Positions 24,644 to 38,670 of a DNA stretch of 64,000 bases are shown one piece after another. Numbering within the stretch: the stretch's first letter is position 1; each line of letters begins with the position of its first letter. Both the position numbers and the translations under genes were made by a program. This DNA is from Octopus vulgaris. Taxonomy: Eukaryota. The stretch covers positions 37,014,001 to 37,078,000 of the forward strand of contig OX597839.1 of the NCBI GenBank assembly GCA_951406725.2, in the 5' to 3' direction. A model generated the notes under the pieces. That model ran no database searches. It saw only the letters and a program-made list of their open reading frames with translations, and was not told the origin of the DNA.

Positions 24644-26511
24644 CAGTGGCGCCATTTAATTTAAGAACGTTTGTATACTAATGTTAAAATGGCATTTTTT
24701 ATATATTCAATTTGTAAGCTGTGAATTAAGATGTATAACAAAATAAAGAAATTTTCATCAGCTTTAATATTGTATACAGTTTAACAGCATAACATCAACA
24801 TATCAATTTTAAATCAAAAATAAATCTTAATTGTTGTAATTTATAACGCCAATTAATTTAAGAATGATTTGTAAAATTTCATTTTTTTTTGCTTTTAAAA
24901 GATTTATTCTGAGATCAACAAAAAAACAATAATAAGCTCATACAATTATTATTTTGTAAGATATACAAAATTACTTAATACTACTTTGCATCTGTGAAAC
25001 ATAGAATTGTTCAGATCATTTATCACTGCTCCTGAGATGCTTTCACAATTTTGGTTAATAATGTTTAAAAAATCATCCTTATTCTTTGGCTTATTACTTT
25101 GCAAAGTTCTACCCAACCTTTCCCAAAAGATTTTTAATGGGATTTAGGTCAGGTGACTGCACCAGTCACTGCATCAATTGAACTCACTTAGATCTAATGT
25201 AATCTCTGACTAGGTGTGAGGTGTGTTTCCGGTCGTTGTCATGCTGGAAAGTCCAAGATCAGTCCAAATGCTTTCGGGTGTATGGAAGCATAGTCTTATT
25301 CAATATTCCTAAATAGGACTTACTATCCATAATGCCCTTAATTTGAATTATAGGACCAAGCCCTTTTCCAGACATGCACCCCCACACCATCACACTTCCA
25401 CCACCATGCTTAATTGTAGGTCAGATGCAATCTGGATGACATTTCTTCACCTTTACACCTTCTTACATACTTTCTACCATCACTGCTGAACAAGATGAAC
25501 TTTGACTCCTCTGACCACAACACATTTGACCAATCTGCTGGACTCCAATTCAAATGCTCTTTTGTGAACTGTATTCAGGCATGTCAATTTTTTAAAGAAA
25601 TGTGTGGCTTTTTGCAAGAGACTCTTCTTAGAAGTCTAAACTCTTTGAGATGGTTTTTTATGGTGGACACTCCAATGCAAACTCTATATTTTTGCCAAAT
25701 TTCTTTTAACCCTTTAGCATTTAAACCGGCCATATCCGGCCAAAAGTATTCTGCCTGTTTTATGTTCAAACTGGCCAGATCTGGTCTCTCACACCAACCC
25801 TACAATATTGTTTTAAAAATTAACAGCTACCTCATCAAAATCTCATAGCTATGAGATAATGCATGATTAGTTCAAGGCAATGTGGATGAAAAAGCATTAA
25901 TTTTGGTAGAATAATGCAAACACTAAAGGGTTAAAATGTCAAATGTGGATATTTTTTTGCTTTTTTAGGGACAATCTATGAATGTATCTATCCAGTCTTG
26001 CTGTTGTTTTTCTTGGTTGCCCAGGCCCAGAGCAGTCTTTATAATCATTAGTTTATTTATAAAGATGGACAGTATTGTAGATGGTTGTCTTAGAGCATCT
26101 GACTTCATTTGAAATAGCTTTATATGACCATTTCGGCCTACTAAACTGAACGACCCTTGCTCTGGTTTCTGGTGTTAAGTTTTGTCTTTTACTCATCATA
26201 ACTATTAAGTAACTTAAAAATTGTAACAGCATGCAAGTTACCCTACATTTATATTAGTCAATAAGGCAAAAAAAAAAAAAAACGAAATTTTGCAAATTTT
26301 CTAAGTGGCAACGTAAATTATGAAATATAAAGTTTATTTTCAATTTAAAATAATATGTTGATGTCATGCTGTAAAGCAGTATACCATATTAAAACTGGTG
26401 AAATTTTCTTTATTTTGATATACATGCTAATTCACAATTTACAACTTGAATATATAAAAATAGCCATTTTAACATTAGTATACTAGCGTGCTTAGATTAG
26501 ATGCCAACACT
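24644..26511 (-). mobile_element. Tc1-family transposon with long (~200-250 bp) TIRs; transposase pseudogene ~24975-26196
   Basis: TA|CAGTG start; 24644-24815 is inverted relative to 26340-26511; motifs KHGGGSVMVWGCM, FQHDNDRKH, SPDLNPI(K); stops and frameshifts. Confidence 0.92.
25710..25930. mobile_element. piggyBac-type MITE nested in the Tc1 transposase
   Basis: TTAA|CCCTTTAGCATTT ... AAACACTAAAGGG|TTAA. Confidence 0.92.
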
Positions 26512-26531
26512 ACATTTATCTAGGACATTTA

Positions 26532-27292
26532 TCCATGCTGGAGCACCGCCTTTAGTCGAGCAAATTGACCCCAGGACTTATTCTTTGGAAGCTTATTACT
26601 TATTCTATCGGTCTCTTTTGCCAAACCGCTAAGTTATGGGGACATAAACACACCATCATTATTTGTCAAGCGATGTTGGGGTGACAAACACAGACACACA
26701 AACATATACACACACACGACGGGCTTCTTTCAGCTTCCGTCTACCAAATCCAGTCACAAGGCTTTGGTTGTCCCGAGGCTATAGTAGAAGACACTTGCCC
26801 AAAGTGCCACACATTGGGAATGAACCCGGAACCATGTGGTTGGTAAGCAAGCTACTTACCACACATAAAACATATATATATATATATATATTATTTTTTT
26901 AATCTCTTTTTACTTGTTTCAGTCATTTTGACTGCGGCCATGCTGGAGCACCGCCTTTAATTGAGCAACTCGACCCCAGGACTTATTCTTTGTAAGCCCA
27001 GTACTTATTCTATCAGTCTCTTTTGCCGAACCGCTAGGTGACGGGGACATAAACACACCAGCATCGGTTGTCAAGCAATGCTAGGGGGACAAACACAAAC
27101 ACACAAACATACACAAACATACATATATACGACGGGCTTCTTTCAGTTTCCGTCTACCAAATCCCCTCACAAGGCTTTGGTCGGCCCGAGGCTATAGTTG
27201 AAGACACTTGCCCAAGGTGCCACGCAGTGGGACTGAACCCAGAACCATGTGGTTCGTAAACAAGCTACTTACCACACAGCCACTCCTGTGCC
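26532..27292 (-). mobile_element. Two adjacent SINE family A copies (26532-26865, 26903-27292)
   Basis: Both are reverse complements of 8889-9312, separated by (TA)n. Confidence 0.9.
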
Positions 27293-27990
27293 TATATATA
27301 TATATATAGTGTGAGTTATATTGCTTGACATTGTGACAAGCATTTCAAACTTCATGTGCATCATTATACATTGAAAGAAAACAACTGTGAAGAGAAATCA
27401 TGTATTATAACCCGAGTTACCTTTCGTTGGTCTCCACAGTTAGAAAGATCATAGAATACATAGCAGAATAAGCAAAACTGAAGTGACAGTTCTTAAATTA
27501 TACAAACTTTCCCATTACACTAACACACATATGTACTCACATATAGCATAAGAGAATAAATGATGGACAGGCAGTTGTAAGGCAGCAAATCATTTGGACC
27601 ATATTTATAGAAAAATGAGTACACAAGCATATGAATTTAGCAGAAAACTAAGAGAATCCAAATAATGAATGAAACTTTATAGTGATTCAACATAGACAGG
27701 TACAGATGCAGAAAATGTCATCGATGAGATAGAAGAGAATTTGAGTAGTTCTTCATGCTTATTCAACCTAGATATCTTAGATTTTTGTTGATCTGCCAAC
27801 TGGCTGTCCATCTTTTAGTCTCTTATACCTACATCAATTTGACTTGTATATTTGCTTATAATCAACTCATTTCCACAGATCTTGTACTCCTTCACTCAAC
27901 GTCAGATTTTAAACACTAAGTTTGTTCTCAGCATTTATTGTGTGAACATATTATATTTTTACATTTTCTTGCTTATTATATACTAGCAGT

Positions 27991-28317
27991 GTGAAGGCGC
28001 GTGGCTTAGTGGTTAGGGCATTCGGCTCACGATTGTAAGGTCGTGAATTCGATTCCAAGTGACGCGTTGTGTCCTTGAGCAAGACACTTTATTTCATGTT
28101 GCTCCAGTCCACTCAGCTGGCAAAAATGAGTTGTACCTGTATTTCAAAGGGCCGGCCTTGTCACACTGTGTGTCACGCTGAATCTCCCTGAGAACTACGT
28201 TAAGGGTACACGTGTCTGTGGAGTGCTCAGCCACTTGCACGTTAATTTCACAAGCAGGCTGTTCTGTTGATCATATCAGCTGGGACCCTCGTCGTCGTAA
28301 CCGACGGAGTGCCCCTA
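27991..28317 (+). mobile_element. Full-length CORE-type tRNA SINE (head B2 + tail T1) with 13-bp TSD
   Basis: TGGCTTAGTGG A-box, GAATTCGATTCC B-box-like, GTGTCCTTGAGCAAGACACTT; TSD ATATACTAGCAGT at 27978-27990 and 28318-28330. Confidence 0.9.
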
Positions 28318-28321
28318 ATAT

Positions 28322-28712
28322 ACTAGCAGTATTGCCCAGCGTTGCTCGGGTTTGTTTCAACCCTTTAGAATTGGAATTTTTGAAAAGTAAAAATTTTCCA
28401 TTATGTATCTGGTTATTCTCTTTAAGTGAACATTTTTCTGGTTGAAATACACCGAAAAATGGCGACATGGCAGTAAAAAAATCGTATAAAAATTGGGATT
28501 TTCATAGAAAAAAAGCACCTTTTTGATGTAAATAATTTTTGGTGTTAACATGGTCCAATTTGAATTTTTTCTTCTACAGAATGAAGAGCAAGCCTTCTTC
28601 TATCATACACTCAATTTTGGTCAGCTTGCGCCGCAGGGTCTCGGAGGAGATAGTGTTAGTTGAAAGCTACCAAACCTGCCACACACAGACAACTTCAGCT
28701 TTATATAGAGAG
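28322..28712 (-). mobile_element. Non-autonomous Helitron
   Basis: Minus strand begins TCTCTCTATATAAAGCTG and ends with hairpin CCCGAGCAACGCTGGG followed by CTAG|T; the same 3' end occurs at 53842. Confidence 0.8.
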
Positions 28713-29460
28713 ATGCATATATCTATGTGTATATAGAAGATACATAAACATTCTTCAGCACTAGATGAAAAATTCTTAATTTTGTATGTATGTATTGTTT
28801 GTCACTGTACTTCATTAAATTTATGAAATAATGCTATTATATATTGTTGGCTATGAGCAATTTTCATCTAACATCTAAGACCTGACAACTGTTATTTTAT
28901 CTCACTGTAACAGCTAAAAGTGAAATATTGACTCCTCCTTATAGATGACCAAGAAGGAGAAAAAAAAATAATGCTGATGATGATGAGAGTAGTGGTGATG
29001 ATGATGATGTCAGTGATGATGATGATGATGATGTCAGTGATGATGATGATGATGATAATGAGATGGCGGTGAAGATGATGATGATGGTGGTGAAGATGTC
29101 AGAGTATCCATTTCAACAAATGTGTTATGAAATAATGATAGCGTTAATCAAAAGTGGCGCCATCTGATAGTGAAATTGGGGTGGATACAGGGAAGTGAAG
29201 AGGGAGGGGATAAGATGAAGGAGAGTGTGAAATGGTGTGGAGAGGTGTTGCGATATTAAAAATTAAGCAATTAAGAATGAAAAAGCTAAATGATGACGTA
29301 AATAAATAAATAAAAAACAGATAAACAAAACAAAAATTAGTTAGAATTGATCTCACTTCCGCAGTGATGCATAATGATTTGATTGCTAAACTGGACAATT
29401 TCACATAAAGATCAAATTTTCCCCATGTTGTTTGTATTAGTATATGTATGTCTGAGTATA

Positions 29461-29980
29461 TCATCGTTTAACGTCTGTTTTCCATGATAGCATGGGTTGG
29501 ACAGTTCGACTGGGATCTGGGAAGCCAGGAGGATGCACCAGGCTCCAGTCTGATCTGGCAGAGGAGGCTGGTAACAGCCACAATCAGTAGGTGCTTTTTA
29601 GGTGCCACCGGCACAGAAGCCAGTCAAGGCTTAGCTTTCTCTTTTCTGGTTTTGAGAAGCCTAATTTCTCAAGATTGGCATTTAGGCAGTGTGTTACATA
29701 TCCCAGGGCCCCAATAATTACAGGTATAAACCTGAACTGATAATTTGGATAAAGTAACTGCAAATTTCTCAATAGTTCAGCATAGCTATTCTTTTTTCAG
29801 GGATCTTCAACTTTAGAGTAACATCCGTTGGGAGGCTAATTTCCACAACTGTACACAGTTTCTCTTCTCTATCCCAAAACATTATATCAAGTCTGTTGTG
29901 CTTACATTTTATTGAGGTATTCACTGAGACATTCCACCAGTACTCCTTTTTATTATGAGTGGCTATGGCTTCTACCATAC

Positions 29981-30011
<31 letters not shown>

Positions 30012-30068
30012 TGTATGTATGTATGTATGTATGTATGTATGTATGTATGTATGTATGTATGTATGTAT

Positions 30069-30138
<70 letters not shown>

Positions 30139-30736
30139 ATGTATGTATGTATGTATGCATGCATGTATTTATGTATATATCATCATCATCGTTTAACGTC
30201 CGTTTTCAGTGGTAGCATGGGTTGGACGGTTCGACTGGGGTCTGGGAAGCAGGAGGCTGCACGAGGCTCCAGTCTGATCTGGCAGTGTTTCTACAGCTGG
30301 ATGCCCTTCTTAATGCCAACCACTCCGTGAGTGTAGTGGGTGCTTTTTACGTGCCACCGGCACAGGGGCCAGGGGGGTCCGGCATCGGCCACGATCGGTT
30401 GGTGCTTTTTACGTGCCACCGGCACAGAAGCCAGTCAAGGCAGCGCTGTGCATGTGTGTATGTATGTATGTATTTATGTATAAGTATGTATGTGTGTATG
30501 TATGTATGTATGTACGTACGTACGTATATGTTTGTATGTATGTATGTATGTATGTATGTAATGTATGGTATGTCATCATCATCATCATCATCATCATCGT
30601 TCAACGTCCGTTCTCCATGCTAGCATGGGTTGGACGGTTCGACCGGGGATCTGGGAAGCCAGAAGGCTGCACCAGGCTCCAGTCTTATCTGGCAATGTTT
30701 CTACAGCTGGATGCCCTTCCTAACGCCAACCACTCC

Positions 30737-30738
<2 letters not shown>
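29461..30738 (-). mobile_element. Cluster of three SINE family C copies (29461-29627, 30181-30445, 30573-30738) interleaved with (TATG)n
   Basis: Each begins (CAT)nCGTTTAACGTCCG..CATGGGTTGGACGG..CCAGGCTCCAGTCTGATCTGGCA. Confidence 0.88.
29628..29976 (-). mobile_element. R4-clade LINE endonuclease fragment
   Basis: YWWNVSVNT..KHNRLDIMFWDREEKLCTVVEISLPTD, then a frameshift, then ..FIPVIIGALGYV: restriction-like endonuclease (RPDI..E..P.D) layout. Confidence 0.8.
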
Positions 30739-30777
<39 letters not shown>

Positions 30778-31590
30778 ATATAAATATGCAAGAATGTATG
30801 CAGGTATGTATGTATTAATTTTTTATAAAGGAAAGGGCGTCATAACTAAGCTTCTGCTTGCCTGCCATCATCAATTTCGAAGTCACTATCATCCTTTTCC
30901 ATGTGAAAATTTGCTAAATATTGATTCTGTTCTTATTTAATATACTGAGTAATCTCTTGGTTTAAATTAATTTTATATACAACTTCATGCAAAATCAATT
31001 TTAAATACACACACACACACACACACACACACATTAATTGAACATTCTGGAAAGGATTGTAATTCATACCATGCAAGAATGAACTCCCAGACTTTAAGTC
31101 AGTTTGATAAATGCCATGCACGAAACTCAAGTCCCTCGAGTCACTTTCAAAACACTCTACTGATTATAGAAATAGAATTGTGTATATGTATGTATAAATG
31201 TGTATGTGTGTGTGTATGTGTGTGTGTGTGCATGTGAGTGTCAATATATATATGTTTATGTATGGGGTTGAGCTACATCCCACATGTCCAAACTGTCCAC
31301 CTGCACAACTCCCACCCACTCCATATTTGCTACATGTATGTATGCGTGTGCATGCATGTATATATCTGTGTGTACTCGTGCGATTAACTATGTGTCTCAA
31401 TATGTCTGTGTATCTGTGTGTGCGTGTATGCGTGTGTAGGTGGACACTGTCACCTCCACCCGACCCACTCCCCACCACCACGACATCACTTTCCAATAAT
31501 GGTGTGAATTAAAGGAAATAAAAATCTCACAAATAAACTCACAAAATCTGATTTGAAATCAGAATGAATGTTTTCTTAGAGTCAATGTAA

Positions 31591-32015
<425 letters not shown>

Positions 32016-32270
32016 CTTACATATTCATACATATGGATGCACACACACACACACAAACACACACATGTATGTATGTACATATATATATGTGCATGTGTAT
32101 GTTTGTACGCATGCATATATGTAAGTATGTCTTATGTATGCATATATGTTCAGAGATTGGAGAAAAATAAAAATACATAGTTATATATATTTTATATATA
32201 ATTAATAAACACACACACACTCATATATATGTATGTATGTGCGTCTGTATATATATATATACACACACAC

Positions 32271-32316
<46 letters not shown>

Positions 32317-33409
32317 CTACATATATATGGATATACATGTATAAATGTTTGTATGTGTGTGTTTGTGTGTGTATATATATATATATTTACACACACAGCG
32401 ATCTATACTCAACTGAGCGTTGCTAAGAATTCTTTCAATTTGCGTATTTACAACATTGAGGGTTCATTAAATCCACTTCACATTACCACAACCACCACCG
32501 CCACCACCACCACCATCACCATATTATTATTAGTAGTATTATTTTGTAATGTTGCAGACCACTTGTATTATTGATATGCTAAACATATGTTTGAGTGGAA
32601 GTGACAGGGGTAAGGGGTGTTGGTACCATGAAAGGTGGTACCGAAGTATGAGAAGATTTAAAGCAATGGAACCGGGGGGGGGGGGGTTACAGTGAGGGTG
32701 GGCATGGTGTTAACAGTTTTACAGATATTTATCAATAATTTAGAATTTCCACAGCAAATTAATCGAACTTTTGTAGTTTTTTTGATTTCTATGTAAGCAA
32801 TTTTTGAAGTGGCAGAGTCGTTTCGGTGAGGAAGGTGGGGAGGCTGGTGGTAGAAGAGTGAAGCTGGTGGGGGGATGGGATGGGATGGTGTAGAGAGGCT
32901 GGGCGAAGGGTGGGGGGGGAAGGAGGGTGGCAGGGTGGTTATGTCGTGAGTTGTTTTGTATAGAAAACATTTATTTAGAATTTTCAATATAACGTTGACA
33001 TGAAACGAAAATTTTTGATATGTATTAAACAGAATATATAAATAAATGTATTGGTGTGGTGGTGGTGGTGGTGGTGGTGGTACAAGAGGGGGAGAAGGAG
33101 AAGAAGAAGAAGAAGAACAACAACAACAGCTAAAAAGAAGAAAATGACGACTACGACAACCCATGAAACATCTAAAAATCACAATTTCCACGAGTTAAGA
33201 GAGTCACGTGATAAAGTTTTATGTAAATTTATTTATTTATTCTTCATTCTTTTTTTTTTTGTTTATTTTATTTTCGACCATTTTTTTTCAACTTTTTCAA
33301 AGATGGAGGCAATAAGAGAAAGTATTTTAATGGCCGTTATTTATTTCTGTGTTAATGGCATAAATGTATTCTTTTTTTTTTTTTTGCTGGGTCTAGATAG
33401 AGGGACAGT

Positions 33410-33985
33410 GTCCACTACCACCACTACACCACAATTATCGCATCTACATCTCCATCACCACTACCACCACTACTGTCAACAACAACAACAACACTGGTGA
33501 CAATGTTGTCACCACAATTGCTGCCTCTACTACAATTTTTAGTGTCAGCAACAACAACACCACCACCGTTACCAAAGCTACTATGATGTCAGCTACCCTA
33601 CTATATCACAACCATCACCACCACCCCATCACTACCATCACCCTACCACTTCAATTCCACTCCATCCCACTATTCCACCCAGCACCTCACCCCCATCACA
33701 CCCACCATCATTCTTCTGCTACCATCCCCATCAACCACCACCACCACCACCACCCTCACCCCATCGTCATCTCACCATCAGCACCACAACAACCACCATC
33801 ACTGTACAACTTCCATCCCACCCTGTCCCACCAAACACCCTTGCCTCCCCCGCTGCTCCTTCACCACCCTTCCATTACCACCCACACTGCCACTGCCATC
33901 ACCCCACCATTCCCATCCCCAACACCAGCAACAGCTTCACTGCAGCACTGCTTTACTGTACCAACCCCGACCACTGTTCCCCCTT
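33410..33985. repeat. (CAC/CAT/CCA) low-complexity tract
   Basis: C/A-rich cryptic trinucleotide repeat. Confidence 0.85.
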
Positions 33986-34314
33986 ATTCATTCATAACCT
34001 TTTGAGTAACTACAACTAATTACGAAATAATTGCACTCCAATGATTTACTTCCTGGCTGACTAAAATTGACGTGCAGCTATTAGTGTGAACCTGTGTATT
34101 CTAGGTTCAAGGATCTAATTTTCACTCAAGCACATTTATAAATCACCGTACAGGTTCCTATTGACTTTCTTCAACATTGTTTTGTTATATTTTGATTCAT
34201 TTTCTGCAATATTACTTTGTTATTTATACAGCAAGCACTACGGTATTAATACCTCTAAGGTGTACACAGCAAGACAGGCAGAGTGTTTGGGAGTAATCTG
34301 AGGACATGTACTGA

Positions 34315-34505
34315 GTCTGATAAAAATCAAACATCCAGTCAACATCATGGTGTTTGGAGTGATCACTAGTGATAGTGATGTTATGCCTCCATTCATCTTC
34401 CAACACAGCCTCAGACTCAACATGGAAGCCTACATCAAGTGCTTGGAGGAGATAGTGTTGTCCTGGGTCAAGAGGGTGGCTGCTGGAAGAGCCTATGTCT
34501 GGTAA
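34315..34505 (+). mobile_element. Tc1/mariner-superfamily transposase fragment
   Basis: Translates KIKHPVNIMVFGVITSDSDVMPPFIF..LNMEAYIKCLEEIVLSWVKRVAAGRAYVW, the segment before the second catalytic Asp. Confidence 0.7.
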
Positions 34506-35469
34506 CACATATAGTGTAGTATAAAAGTACAATGAAAGATGTGATATATAACAAAAGTTTTGAGGTCAGTAGAGATGTGAATATTGAAGAGGTGAATTGA
34601 TTGTATTATGACATCCGGCTAATTACCTAGTGTAATAATGACAGTCATTTTGCTGAAATAGATATATATGTTGTCTGTTTATATTATAAAATACATGCAT
34701 CCCCTCACACACACACACAAAATATTTATGATTTAAAAACAAATGTTGATTGGCACTAGCTGTAATCTTTTGTCTGAGAAAAACTTCTCAAAGAGACTTG
34801 CATGTTAAAAAAACAAAGCTGACTCAGAATATTCTTGTCAGACCATTAGACACCAGTGTTTTGACCTCAGTTGGTCCCCTCAGTGACAACCACCCTCCAC
34901 CAGGCATTCTGAACTATGCCATAAGATATTTGTTGCAATATAAAAACCAGTAAATAAAACATTCACTGAACTGCGTGGAAACAGACCAGACTAGAATTCA
35001 ATTAATGTATGCTCTTGTAACAGCATTAGATTAAAATAACAAGATGTGTCATTAATAATGTATATACAAATGTTGAATGGTGCTAACTAAATCTCTTTGA
35101 GAAGTTTTTACAAGAGGAAATACTGCAGTGAGTGCCATTCTACAACTGCATATACATTATAAATATTATATACATGATTATTGAAATATGTGTATACATT
35201 ATCAACATCATCATCACTGTTTTAATTTACACTTTTCCATGTCTGCATGAGTCAGACAGTTTATTGAAGTAGATTTTTCTCACCTGTTTCCAAAAAATGG
35301 TAATATTTCCCTATGGTCAGACATGTTTTAACAAAACACTAGAAATAAATTACACTCATTCATTTACAATAATGACAGGGAAATGCAAACACACACACAC
35401 AACAGGCTTCTTTCAGTTTCCATCCAGCTCTTTTAATGGTAGTCTTAATACTAATGACGCTATTGGTTT

Positions 35470-35687
35470 AATAATTATTTCTTTACTACCCACAAGGGGC
35501 TAAACACAGAGGGAACAAACAAGGTTAGATATCGACCCCAGTGCGTAACTGGTACTTAATTTATTGACCCCGAAAGGATGAAAGGCAAAGTCGACCTCGG
35601 CGGAATTTGAACTCAGAATGTAACGGCAGACGAAATACGGCTACGCATTTCACCCGGCGTGCTAATGTTTCTGCGAGCTCGCTGCCT
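35470..35687 (-). mobile_element. MetaSINE-like family D copy, well preserved
   Basis: Minus strand: GGCAGCGAGCTCGCAGAAAC..GAGTTCAAATTCCGCCGAGGTCGACTTTGCCTTTCATCCTTTCGGGGTCAATAAATTAAGTACCAG, resembling the Meta central domain. Confidence 0.85.
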
Positions 35688-35697
35688 AGCAGTAAAT

Positions 35698-35925
35698 CAC
35701 CATCATCATCATTTAACATCTGTTTTCCATGCCAGCATGGGTTAGACGGTTTAACAGGAGCTGGCAAGGCCAGGAACAGCACCAGGTTCCATAATCAGTT
35801 TTGGCATGGCTTCTACAGTCAGCTGCCCTTCTTAGTGTCAACCACTCTATAAAATGTTCTGGGTACTTTTTTTATGTAGCACCAGCACCAGTGCATTTTA
35901 TGTGGCACTAGCAGCACCTATTCTG
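35698..35925 (-). mobile_element. SINE family C copy
   Basis: (CAT)nTTAACATC..CCATGCCAGCATGGG..GCCCTTC..GTCAACCAC. Confidence 0.75.
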
Positions 35926-35949
35926 CTGGTGTGGACAAATTCTGCAATA

Positions 35950-36150
35950 GTGGGTCAAGTACAGTAATGTGCCTGGTATCGCAGTCCTTTGTTACCTCTT
36001 TCATAAGGCTCAGTGTTTTGAGGTTAGTCTTCAATACTTTGACCCATGTCTTCCTGGGCCTCCCTCTTCCACAACTCGCATCCACTTTCAGTGACTGGCA
36101 CATTTTTGGCAACTGTCCTCATCCATATACATCACATGACCAAATGAGAA
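35950..36150 (-). mobile_element. RTE-clade LINE 3' fragment
   Basis: KMCQSLKVDASCGRGRPRKTWVKVLKTNL, homologous to 5877-6197. Confidence 0.75.
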
Positions 36151-36689
36151 TTTACTTAGGGACTCCATCCTTACAAAACATAATAGTTAAGTGAACAATA
36201 ATAACATATTTAAGTTAGTGGAAACAAAATAAAAATTCAGGCAATTAGAATTACATTTCCATTGAGAAGAAAGAAATAGTCTCAATGATACAATCTAATT
36301 AAATCTTGTTGAAAACTATGAAATTCAAATTAATCATAATTGAAATTATGTATGCAGTAATGAAATGTAAAGTATTATAGTCTTTATTTTCTAATTTTTT
36401 TCTGCATATTTAAGAAGTCACTTTTGAACCACCTGATCATGTGGTTTCAGGCCCAGTTATTATTAGTAACCTAGTAGTAATAGTGTGTGTATGTGTGTGT
36501 AAATATCAAGCAATGAGAATGGGTGCTCAACACCACATTGGTGGATAAAGATTCTTTATTTGTGTATTAAGGTTACTATTGGTTTCCTGTTAAGGAATAC
36601 CTTAACGATTATCCAAGCACATCACATAGAAAAATTGGTGTTCGTCTCCATTTTGGAACCAAAACAATGATTATACATATATATATATA

Positions 36690-36925
36690 TGTCTGTTTTT
36701 CTGTCCTTGTTTCGTATACATTCGATCCTTTTTCCAAGAAATCTAATGCTCGTAGCTTAGTTTTTCCTTGGGGCTGGCTGGATCGGAGTGATCTCAAGAT
36801 TAATCAGCCGAAATTGCGAGGATGATCCGGTTCTTGACTGAAGATTAGAGGCTTCGGATGACCAGTCCGTTTTTTGTGTCGTCTATTTGAATGTTTTGCG
36901 TTCTTGTCCCATTTTGTATTTTCTT
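36690..36925 (+). repeat. Unclassified interspersed repeat; inverted copy at 37946-38064
   Basis: TCAGCCGAAATTGCGAGGA..CCGGTTCTTGACTGAAGATT..TGTTTTGCGTTCTTGTCCCA is reverse-complemented at 37946-38064. Confidence 0.85.
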
Positions 36926-37885
36926 ATATATATTTTTTATATATATATATATATTTTGGCAGGTCCAGGACTATAGTAGAAGACACTTGCCCAGGTGGCA
37001 TGCAATGGGATTGAACCCAAAACCACATGGTTGCAAACTGCGCTTATTAACCACACAGCCATGCTTGTGTTTATGTGTGTTTGTGTGTGTGTGTGTGTGT
37101 GCATATACATAAGTATATATGCAATATTTACTCATATACATGCTTATGGTAATGTAAAAGACAGATTTAGTGTGTTTGTGTGCATGTCTTTATGTATGTG
37201 TTGAGTGAGTTGTATGTCCATGTTTTAATGTATATATGTATTTATAAACTCATACACAAACACATATTTACGAGCAAAGATGTCTGAAAGTGGTTAACTA
37301 AATAAATCAACTTCTCTGTGAAAGTGAGGAGTTGTTTTAACAGAATAATGTGGATTGTCCATCAAACATGTCACATGATTCTTCTGAAGTCCATTCTCAG
37401 TTATTTATGGTTAGTGAGTCGAGAGACATTAGGCATAATCTTGCAATCTAACACGGAACTATGGAAATATATATAATGTTGTCTAAATTACCTGATGCCA
37501 AAAATAAACTCACCAAACTGCCTGGTGAGGATGTGACCAACTAGCAGCAACTAATGCAGCAGGTTGATATATAGATTGTGAGCAAAAAGGAGAGTATCTA
37601 GCTGATCTTGCAACAAGTAAAGCAGCTCATTATAAGATTTCTGTAAGAGATGAAACACAGCGACTGTACTTGCAAGTAATGCTTGTCACCACTTCAATAT
37701 GACTGTTCAATATGAATGGACATTACTGTGATCTTTTAACCCCAAGAGGGGATTTCCTCTAGCTGGTTGACAATGCAATCTGCATCGCATATGTTGCAAG
37801 CAAAGGAGCAAACTTCTACCACATTTTAGCGACAGGACCAGCAGACCAGCCTGGTTTCAGGCTATTTGCACCCTACTTTAGTACT

Positions 37886-37916
<31 letters not shown>

Positions 37917-38062
37917 CGTGTGTGTGTGTGTGTGTGTATGTATAAAAATACAAACTGGGACAAGAACGCAAAACATTTGGGAGACGATACAACAAACACG
38001 GACGGGACATTCGAAGCCTTCAATCTTCAGTCAAGAACCGGATCGTCCTCGCAATTTCGGCT

Positions 38063-38142
<80 letters not shown>

Positions 38143-38235
38143 GAACAACTAGGAAAAACTAACTGGATTGGATATATAGGAACAATCATGATGTGTTCAT
38201 GGACGTGTTTATCTGGAATCTTCTTTTAATTTCTT

Positions 38236-38670
38236 AAATTTGTTTCAGTGATTAGACAGTGGCCATGCTGGAGCACCACCTTGAGTGATTTACTTGAACA
38301 AGTCGACCCAATCCAATAGTACTTATAGTTTTCAAAGTCTGGTACTTGCTTTATTGGACTCTTATGCTGAGCCACTAGGTTATGGGGATAATCCTAATCC
38401 AACACTTGTTGTCAAGTGGTGGCGTGACAAACACAATAATGCTCAGTTGCAGGATTCGTTAGAACCTAAGTATTTCAATGTGTGTGTGCGTGTGTGTGTC
38501 TGTCTGTGTACACACACACACACACACACACAAAGGGCTTCACATAGTTTCCAAGTACCATATTCACTCACAAAGCATTGTTTGGCCCAGGGCTGTCCAT
38601 GGTGCTGTATAGTGGGACAGCACTCAAAACCACATGGTTGTAAAGTGAACTTCTTAACAATACTGCCATG
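38236..38670 (-). mobile_element. Diverged SINE family A copy
   Basis: TTGTTTCAGT..GGCCATGCTGGAGCACC tail and ..AACCACATGGTTG head. Confidence 0.7.
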
